IMG/VR virus record: IMGVR_UViG_3300037420_000593
Span: 1 to 38,482 of that record
DNA length: 38,482 bases
Reading direction: 5' to 3' (one strand)
Origin: a virus
Taxonomy: Duplodnaviria; Caudoviricetes
Position numbers and translations under genes: made by a program. Position 1 is the first letter of the stretch. The number at the start of each line of letters is the position of its first letter. The notes below the pieces were generated by a model. The model had not been told where the DNA came from. It did not search any database and saw only the letters and a list, made by a program, of their open reading frames with translations. Below are positions 31,408-38,482 of this stretch, one piece after another.

Positions 31408-34067
31408 TGGCAGGGGACTACAATCTCGGCACAGCCCGAGGGAAGCTCGAGATTGACGCCTCGGGTGCTGAAACCGGTGCCAAGAAGGGCGAGAAAGCCG
31501 TTGAAGGCTTTACCGGCAAGCTGACCAAGGCTGGCCCTGGCCTCGTCAAGGTCGGGGCTGCGGTCGGCGGCGTAGGGGCGGCCATCGGTGCCGCATTCGT
31601 CGGTGCCGTCAACGAAGCCGCTGGCTTCGAGAAGCAGATGTCCGCGATCCAGGCGGTCTCCGGGGCAACCGTCCCGGAGATGGATGCCGTTAGAAAGAAG
31701 GCTCTCCAGCTAGGAGCGGACACCGCCTTCTCGGCCGGTGAAGCTGGCTCCGCCATGGAGGAGCTCATCAAGGCAGGCATTCCGATCCCGGATGTCTTGA
31801 ACGGTGCTGCCGACGCCACCGTCGCCCTCGCCGCCGCAGGAGAGGTCGCCCTCCCGGAAGCTGCCGCCATCGCATCGAACGCGATGAATCAGTTCTCCCT
31901 GTCGGCACAGCAGATGCCGAAGATCGCGGACCTGATCGCGGGTGCCGCGAACGCCTCTGCCATTGACGTAACGGACTTCGGGCACTCGCTGTCGCAGGTT
32001 GGTGCGGTGGCTAATCTCGTCGGTCTGTCTTTCGAAGACACGGCGGTTGCCATCGCCGAGATGGGCAACGCAGGCATCAAGGGCAGCGACGCGGGTACGT
32101 CGTTGAAGACGATGCTCAGCAACCTCCAGCCCACCACCGACAAGGCCCTGGCCACGATGCAGGAGCTCGGCATCGTCACCAAGGACGGGGCCAATCAGTT
32201 CTTCGATGCAACCGGCAAGTTGAAGCCCCTGAAGGACATTCAGGACATCCTTGCCAAGAGCACCGCTGGGTTGACGCAAGCCCAGAAGCAGGTCGCCCTC
32301 CAGACCATCTTCGGGTCGGACGCGATCCGGGCGGCGGCTGTCCTCACGAAGGACGGTGCCAAGGGCTACGACGACATGGCCAAGTCGATCCACGGCGTGA
32401 CGGCCGAACAGGTGGCGGCGGCTCGGCAGAACAACTTCCAGGGTGACCTCGAGAAGCTCAAGGGATCCCTTTCTACAGTGGCGATCCAGGTCGGCACCAT
32501 CCTCCTCCCCGCCCTCCGCAAGCTCACGCAGGCCCTCAACGACGTCGTCAATTGGTTCTCGAATCTGTCCGAGGGGCAGAAGAAGACCATCATCACCATC
32601 GTCGGCATCATCGGTGTGGTGCTCACGGTGGTCGGAGCGTTCATCGCCTTCGCTGGTGCGATTGGGATTGTGCTCGGTGCCCTGGCACCCCTGGCGGCGG
32701 TTATCGGGATCGGTGTCGGTGCCCTGCTGGGCTGGATCGCCGTGATTGCTCTGGTGATCGTGGCGGTTGTGGTGCTCGCCGTCCTCATCATCAAGAATTG
32801 GGACAAGATCAAGGCGTTCACCGTCAAGGTGTGGAACGCGATTGTCGCCTTTCTGAAGGGCGTCTGGTCCGGGATAGCTGGGTTCTTCTCCAGCGTCGGT
32901 TCGTCGATCGCAGGCTTCTTCAGTGGCCTCTGGAACGGCATCAAGTCGGTCGCGATGACGGTCTGGAATGCCATCGCAGGGTTCTTTACCGCGATCTTCA
33001 ACGTCATCAAGGGCATCGTGATGGCGTTCATTGGTGTCATCACTTCGATCATCACTACCGGCCTCAACATCATCAAGGGGATCTGGCAGGCGATCTGGGG
33101 TGTGTTCGGTGGTCTGATCACCGCTGTCTTCAACCTGATCGTTGCGGTGATCACCCTGGCCATGAAGCTGATCCTGTTCGCGATCTCCTTTGTGGTGAAG
33201 CAGATCATTGCGATCGTGATGGCCTGGGTCAACCTGATCCGCACCGTCGTCTCCGCTGCCTGGAACTTCATCTCCGGCGTCACCTCAAAGGTCTGGAATG
33301 CGGTAGCGGGGTTCATCACTGGAGCGGTCAACCGGATCAAGGCCATCGTTACAACGGTCTTCAACGCAGTGAAGGCGTTCGTTACAACGATCTTCAATGC
33401 AGTGGCGGGGTTCGTTAGTTCCATCTGGAACAGCATCTACTCGCGAGTGGCTGGTCCGGTTGGCCGCATCAAAGACTTCATCGTCAACACCTTCAACTCG
33501 GCGAAGAACCTTGCTGTGTCGGCGTTCTCGAGCATGGCCTCGGCCATCGGCTCTTGGATTCAGACCGCCTACAACAAGGTCTCTGGTGTTGTCAGCAAGA
33601 TCAAGGACATCTTCGCCGGGGCGAGCAAGTGGTTGATCAACGCAGGCAAGGACATCATTCAGGGCCTGATCGACGGTATCACGTCGATGATCAACAAAGT
33701 CACGGGCAAGCTGAAGGAACTGACCGACAAGATCCCGGACTGGAAGGGACCAGAGGAGCGAGACAAGAAGCTGCTCCGCCCAGCCGGTGCTCTCATCATG
33801 GAGGGCTTCAACGACGCACTGGCTGAGGGCGTCGCAGACGTTCGTAGAACGCTTACTGGCGTAACGGGTGCCCTACCCACTTTTGTCCCCGTCTTCGCCG
33901 ACGCAGTCGGTAATGCGGGCGGATCTACCACGCTGGGGGCACCCACTCCGGCACCAACCGCCGCCGGACCGACGATAGTTGTCAACAGCTACAATCCTGT
34001 CGGTAAGACGGACGCGGAAACCCTCAGTGATGAGGTAACTCGCCTTGCTACGTTGGGAGTTCTGTGA
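31407..34067 (+). CDS. Tape measure protein
   Basis: TP901-type core (FEKQMSAIQAVSG...AGTSLKTML), hydrophobic segment, periodic W/F repeats. Confidence 0.95.
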   Translation: MAGDYNLGTARGKLEIDASGAETGAKKGEKAVEGFTGKLTKAGPGLVKVGAAVGGVGAAIGAAFVGAVNEAAGFEKQMSAIQAVSGATVPEMDAVRKKALQLGADTAFSAGEAGSAMEELIKAGIPIPDVLNGAADATVALAAAGEVALPEAAAIASNAMNQFSLSAQQMPKIADLIAGAANASAIDVTDFGHSLSQVGAVANLVGLSFEDTAVAIAEMGNAGIKGSDAGTSLKTMLSNLQPTTDKALATMQELGIVTKDGANQFFDATGKLKPLKDIQDILAKSTAGLTQAQKQVALQTIFGSDAIRAAAVLTKDGAKGYDDMAKSIHGVTAEQVAAARQNNFQGDLEKLKGSLSTVAIQVGTILLPALRKLTQALNDVVNWFSNLSEGQKKTIITIVGIIGVVLTVVGAFIAFAGAIGIVLGALAPLAAVIGIGVGALLGWIAVIALVIVAVVVLAVLIIKNWDKIKAFTVKVWNAIVAFLKGVWSGIAGFFSSVGSSIAGFFSGLWNGIKSVAMTVWNAIAGFFTAIFNVIKGIVMAFIGVITSIITTGLNIIKGIWQAIWGVFGGLITAVFNLIVAVITLAMKLILFAISFVVKQIIAIVMAWVNLIRTVVSAAWNFISGVTSKVWNAVAGFITGAVNRIKAIVTTVFNAVKAFVTTIFNAVAGFVSSIWNSIYSRVAGPVGRIKDFIVNTFNSAKNLAVSAFSSMASAIGSWIQTAYNKVSGVVSKIKDIFAGASKWLINAGKDIIQGLIDGITSMINKVTGKLKELTDKIPDWKGPEERDKKLLRPAGALIMEGFNDALAEGVADVRRTLTGVTGALPTFVPVFADAVGNAGGSTTLGAPTPAPTAAGPTIVVNSYNPVGKTDAETLSDEVTRLATLGVL

Positions 34068-34954
34068 TGGTCAACACGAGTAAGTGGCCTGTAACGGTAG
34101 ACGGGGTCCGTCTCGACACGTTGGCCTGGAACATCTCCACGAGGAACGGTCGGGATCTGGCTCCGGCCATCGCTGGAGAGGACATCGACACCGGGATGCG
34201 GGACGGCGTCATCCCTGTTTACAACAAGAAATACGGACCTGGCCGCCTCGTACTGAGCATGTGGGTAGGAGGGACCGATGCAGACGGAGCCGTTCCCGTC
34301 GGCAACGATGATTATCTCAAGTACACCCAGAATCTCGACGCTCTGAAGCGGATGTTCGGGGTGCAGCATCGCCTTCTCGACGTGCGCCTCCAAACAGACG
34401 TTGCCGGAAGCAACATTCGGCAGGCTCTTTGCCGCCTCGGAGCCGCCATCACGCCGGAGATGCACTCCGCTTACCCGTATACGGCCGAGTTCACGGTGGA
34501 GCTCATCGTTCCAGGGGCCTTCTTGCAGGATGTTGCCGACAGCAACTACGACTCGAACGTCGGTATCGCTGCAAACACCGACATCACCCTCCCTAGCCCC
34601 TGGCCCGCAGCAACCGCCCCGATGCGAGACCTCTACTTGGTGGTGGATGGGCCAGCCACGAACCCGAAGATCATCGACAATCGGAACGGGCATTACATCC
34701 AGTACAACGGGACCGTTGCCTCTGGCTCTCAATGGGTGGTGAACACCAGCCTGTGGACCAGCAAGGTCGGGATCGGAATCGCTTTCACACAAGGCGGAAC
34801 GGATGTGTACCCGCAGACGGTGTTCGCTGGCGGTCATGCACCCGCTATGTTTGGCATCACGGCCGATCCGCTCGGTCCGCAAGTGCGCATTGAAGGCTCG
34901 GCGTTCGGAGCAGGAACGCGGCTCCGTATCCGAGGGAAACTCAAGTACCTGTAA
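34067..34954 (+). CDS. Distal tail / minor tail protein
   Basis: Immediately after the tape measure; GPATNPKI motif of Dit-like proteins. Confidence 0.8.
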   Translation: MVNTSKWPVTVDGVRLDTLAWNISTRNGRDLAPAIAGEDIDTGMRDGVIPVYNKKYGPGRLVLSMWVGGTDADGAVPVGNDDYLKYTQNLDALKRMFGVQHRLLDVRLQTDVAGSNIRQALCRLGAAITPEMHSAYPYTAEFTVELIVPGAFLQDVADSNYDSNVGIAANTDITLPSPWPAATAPMRDLYLVVDGPATNPKIIDNRNGHYIQYNGTVASGSQWVVNTSLWTSKVGIGIAFTQGGTDVYPQTVFAGGHAPAMFGITADPLGPQVRIEGSAFGAGTRLRIRGKLKYL

Positions 34955-34963
34955 GGAGAAGAG

Positions 34964-36064
34964 ATGCCCAGCGGATACCCAGCGGCGATCGACAACTTCA
35001 CCAACCCTACCGGGGTCGACAATCTCTCGGACGCTCCGGTCCTCCACCACAGCCAGCACACCAACGTCAACGACGCGGTCAAGGCGATCGAGACGGAGCT
35101 TGGTGTCAATCCGAAGGGCACTGCCGCTTCGGTGGTGGCTCGCCTGAATGCGATCGACACCGCCCTCAGCACCAAGATGGCCGCGTCGGCGTTCCATCAG
35201 CCGTTCGGCGTTGCCACGTTGGACTCTGGGTCGATGCTCGTCGAGAACGTGGACGCTAGCAAGATCACTGCTGGCACCATCAACGTCGCCCGCATCCCGA
35301 ACCTGTCCGGCGCGAAGATCCTGGGCACTGGCTCCGGCGGGGCAGCCATTCCGCTCGACGCGGTGCCGAACCTGCCCGCCAGCAAGACGACCTCCGGAAC
35401 GTTCGGGACGACTCAGATCCCGAGCCTGGACGCCAGCAAGATCACCACTGGCATCTTCGACCCAGCCCGTATTCCTACGTCGATTTCGGCGAACGCGAAC
35501 AGCCGGGAGGTCGCCGACGTAGCGGCCATGAACGCCATCCCAGCCGGGGAGCGTGTCGACGGTCTGATCGTGACGGTCCGCACTCCGTGGACCCAGTACA
35601 CCTATCGAGCCGACAACGGAACATTCGTTCAATCTGGTGGCCCGGGATTCATCTCCGAAGGCCCAATTCAGACGGACGACCAGACCGACTATCTCAACCT
35701 CGCGATGACGACGTTCAACGCAGGTGTCAACTGCGGGTTCACCTTCAAGGCACCGCAGTCCGGCAAGATCAAGGTCACGGTTACCGCACATATGTCGACG
35801 GACTCGACCGGATACTGCTATCTGGCCTGGGAGTTGCGCTCCGGCAACGTGCTCGGCTCCGGTACCGTCATTCACGCGGCGAACACGGAAGACGGTGTTG
35901 GCACTGGTGGAGCGGCCAACATTCGCATAAGGGGTTCTGCCGCGACGCTGGTTCCCGAAGTGCTGACGGCGGGGAACGACTACAACATCCGATGCATGTA
36001 CCTCGTCACGTCCGGAACGTTTGACGTGTTCTCCAGGCAGATTCTCGTGGAGATGATGCACTGA
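34964..36064 (+). CDS. Minor tail/fibre protein with internal ~18-aa repeats
   Basis: DASKITAGTINVARIPNL / PASKTTSGTFGTTQIPSL / DASKITTGIFDPARIP repeats; beta-rich C-terminus. Confidence 0.75.
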   Translation: MPSGYPAAIDNFTNPTGVDNLSDAPVLHHSQHTNVNDAVKAIETELGVNPKGTAASVVARLNAIDTALSTKMAASAFHQPFGVATLDSGSMLVENVDASKITAGTINVARIPNLSGAKILGTGSGGAAIPLDAVPNLPASKTTSGTFGTTQIPSLDASKITTGIFDPARIPTSISANANSREVADVAAMNAIPAGERVDGLIVTVRTPWTQYTYRADNGTFVQSGGPGFISEGPIQTDDQTDYLNLAMTTFNAGVNCGFTFKAPQSGKIKVTVTAHMSTDSTGYCYLAWELRSGNVLGSGTVIHAANTEDGVGTGGAANIRIRGSAATLVPEVLTAGNDYNIRCMYLVTSGTFDVFSRQILVEMMH

Positions 36065-38482
36065 TGACAACCGCTTACGACGCTCCGATTCCGTACGACA
36101 GTGTCATCGCCTACGACGGCGGCACGTCGGTCGTCACGAGTGAACAACTCCCCACCTGGCAACTAGAGGTAGAGAACCCCTTCACCGGCGAGAAGTCTCC
36201 GTTGCCGGAGGCAAACATCGATCAGATGAGCTTCGAGAGCTCGGCGGTGTCGGCGATCTCGTTCGCGGTGGCCAACACCAGCGTCGGAGCCAGCCTGTGC
36301 GGGGATCTGGCGATCGTAAGCCTCAAGGCGAACGGGCAGGACGTCAAGGACGGGCGATGGCTTCTGCGGGGCCAGGGATGGGATGCGGGGCGGACTGCTC
36401 AGGTCAAGAAGTTCACCGGCCGAAGCCTGCTCTGGGATCGCCTGGAGCACACCGTCGTCCAGCCCGGAACTCGCAAGCTCTACACGACGAAGACGCCGGG
36501 GTACATCCTCAACGATCTGTTCGCCGAGGCCCAGCTACGCGACGTCGGCTTCTTCGACACGTTCACGTGGACGTTCGACCAAGGCAAGGACAGCAACGGC
36601 AACGCTTGGCCTGTCACGCTGGGGTCCATCGAGTACTTGCCTTCGGCAAAGTATTCGGACATCGTGAGCAACCTTGTCGACAAGGGCGTCATCGAGATCT
36701 CCCTTATGGGCAACGAGATCCGGGCGACCGTTCCGAACACCGATGGGGTTGTCACTCCCGCCCTGTTGGTTGTCGGCGAGGACGTGACCGATGCACCCCA
36801 GCAGAGCTCGGCGGACAATCTGGTCTCCGACGTAGTGGTCCTCGGAGACGACGGGGTAGCCGTTGTCCGAAGCAATACGGAGACGCGGGCGACGTACTGG
36901 CGCGAGGAGGCCGGTATCAGCCAGGGAGGCACGAAGGATGAGGGTACGCTCTCGATCTTCGGAGATGTTGCCCTGAGCACCGGAAATGCCCCGAGAATTC
37001 AGCGAACGTATGCACTGGTGGTCACCCAGGAGCGCACGTTCTTGCCGCTCCGGGACTACGCCGTAACCGACTGGGTGCGGGTGCAGCATGGCGACGGCAC
37101 GCCAGCCCTCAGCGTCCGTGTCAAGCAGATCGTACTCAAGCAGGACCCGACGGGATGGTCGGGAACCCTTGTTCTGAACGACAAATTCCTCGAGAACGAA
37201 CTGCGGCTGACTAAGAAGGTTGACGGCATCATCGGCGGGGCCACCATCACCGGTTCGGCTCAGACGTCCACCCCGGATGATCTCAAGGACACCGGCATCC
37301 CGAACAAGCCCTCGGGGCTGACGCTGGCCTTCAACACGTACGTCGACAACGGCGGTCAGACCAAGAACACGTTGATCGGTAGCTGGAACGCCGTTACCAC
37401 GAACACCGACGGTTCTGTTGCCAACGACATCGATCAGTACCTCTTTCAGTGGAAGTACTCGAACGAGGCCGACAACACCGTCAAGAGCGTCTGGACGTCA
37501 AACACGTTCGCTTCGGTCAGCCCGCTCGATCCTGGTCGCTCGGTTACGGCATGGGTGTCGGTCTACGATCAGAATCGCAACTGGAGCGGCTACAGCGCCA
37601 GCGTCAGCGGTGACAGCGCACTCGACACCACCCCGCCGCCTGCTCCGTCAGGTCCCTTGCTGCTAAGCCTTCTCCGGACGCTCGTTGTGGAGTGGAACGG
37701 GCTGACGGCAGCAGGAGGACAGATGCCCGCCGACCTTCATCACGTGGAGGTCTACACCAGCCAGATCAATAACTTCGACGTCTACATGGACGGCGACCTA
37801 CGCGGCACCCTTTCGGCTCCGGGCCAGTTGACGTTCTCCATGTACGCAGACTCCGTGGGATCGACCGTCTACGTGAAGATGGTTGCCGTAGACAACAGCG
37901 GCAATCGGAGCGTTGCGAGCTCCCAGAACTTCACGACGGTCAACGGTGTCTCTGGGGCGGACATCAACGCCAACAGCATCACCACGAACAACATCGCCGC
38001 CGGAGCGATCACCAGCCAGTTGATCAACGCAGGTGCGATCAACGCGGACAAGATCTCCCTGGGTCAGACGGTCAACCTCGTGCAGGACCCCAGCTTCAAT
38101 AACTCCGACTGGCGGGCGAAGCGGCTCACTACCGCTTGGTCCGACAAGCCCTCTCGCTGGTTCTTCAACAACTGGAGCGGCATTTCTCGGAACGGGTACT
38201 ACCTCCAGGCCCTGTCTACACCAGACGGGATCAACGGCGGTCGCATGTATATCTGCGACTGGATCTACGTGCAGCTAGGCGAGAGCTACTACGCCGGGAT
38301 CTACTTGCGCAACGGGGAGTTCACCCCGAACGCGGAAGCCACCGCACGGCTCGGCGTGGAGGTCACCAAGGCCGACGGCACGATCCTCAGCGACGGCATC
38401 AGCTACGTCCCGACGGGCACCTGGACCAAGCAGGGCTACCGCTTCACCATCATCGATCAAAGCTGGGTGAAGCTGCGGTTCT
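36064..38482 (+). CDS. Large minor tail protein / central fibre with FN3 domains (runs off the window)
   Basis: TGATG start; open in frame 1 to the window end: MTTAYDAPIPYDSVIAYDG...PNKPSGL...DTTPPPAPS...YVKMVAVDNSGNRS, AGAIT repeats, then a CBM-like region starting NLVQDPSF. Absent from the ORF track because it has no stop. Confidence 0.85.
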   Translation, partial: MTTAYDAPIPYDSVIAYDGGTSVVTSEQLPTWQLEVENPFTGEKSPLPEANIDQMSFESSAVSAISFAVANTSVGASLCGDLAIVSLKANGQDVKDGRWLLRGQGWDAGRTAQVKKFTGRSLLWDRLEHTVVQPGTRKLYTTKTPGYILNDLFAEAQLRDVGFFDTFTWTFDQGKDSNGNAWPVTLGSIEYLPSAKYSDIVSNLVDKGVIEISLMGNEIRATVPNTDGVVTPALLVVGEDVTDAPQQSSADNLVSDVVVLGDDGVAVVRSNTETRATYWREEAGISQGGTKDEGTLSIFGDVALSTGNAPRIQRTYALVVTQERTFLPLRDYAVTDWVRVQHGDGTPALSVRVKQIVLKQDPTGWSGTLVLNDKFLENELRLTKKVDGIIGGATITGSAQTSTPDDLKDTGIPNKPSGLTLAFNTYVDNGGQTKNTLIGSWNAVTTNTDGSVANDIDQYLFQWKYSNEADNTVKSVWTSNTFASVSPLDPGRSVTAWVSVYDQNRNWSGYSASVSGDSALDTTPPPAPSGPLLLSLLRTLVVEWNGLTAAGGQMPADLHHVEVYTSQINNFDVYMDGDLRGTLSAPGQLTFSMYADSVGSTVYVKMVAVDNSGNRSVASSQNFTTVNGVSGADINANSITTNNIAAGAITSQLINAGAINADKISLGQTVNLVQDPSFNNSDWRAKRLTTAWSDKPSRWFFNNWSGISRNGYYLQALSTPDGINGGRMYICDWIYVQLGESYYAGIYLRNGEFTPNAEATARLGVEVTKADGTILSDGISYVPTGTWTKQGYRFTIIDQSWVKLRF

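Noticed and set aside
33989-36070. 693-aa minus-strand ORF (likewise 25679-27355, 12409-14034, 8304-9596 and others)
   Set aside because: Antisense shadows of well-supported + strand genes. High GC3 suppresses stops on the opposite strand, and they have no motifs or RBS.
1-38482. Integrase, repressor or lysis cassette
   Set aside because: None recognised in this window, so lifestyle cannot be determined; they may lie outside it.

Overview
About 38.5 kb of a GC-rich tailed (siphovirus-like) dsDNA phage genome, most likely infecting an actinobacterium. The host is inferred from GC3 bias, U-less hairpin terminators and gene styles. All credible genes are on the + strand. The left ~17.5 kb is a replication and nucleotide-metabolism region: end of an SSB, a structured non-coding/origin-like region, an RHH protein, a DnaG-type primase fused to an MCM-like helicase, DnaE, a RuvC-like resolvase, and a dense set of small-molecule enzymes. 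These enzymes are a flavoprotein, a HAD phosphatase, Nmad1/DUF1599, a VOC-fold protein, an SDR, DUF4406, a ThyX with altered active-site residues, a MazG-like protein and, further right, a dCMP deaminase. After an AT-rich gap at ~17.5 kb come the packaging, head and tail genes: terminase, portal, MuF-like, scaffold, decoration, major capsid, connectors, major tail, chaperones, tape measure and minor tails, with the last gene running off the window. The best candidate for an undescribed system is a pre-replicative pyrimidine (dU C5) hypermodification pathway built around the divergent ThyX. Other signals are a 22-bp inverted-repeat structured element, a (TAC)n/(GTA)n palindrome, a GAGGGCAC start-associated motif, a probable +1 TTT-CGT chaperone frameshift, and shared double-glycine leaders on scaffold and capsid. 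All family calls are from motif recognition by eye; no searches were run.
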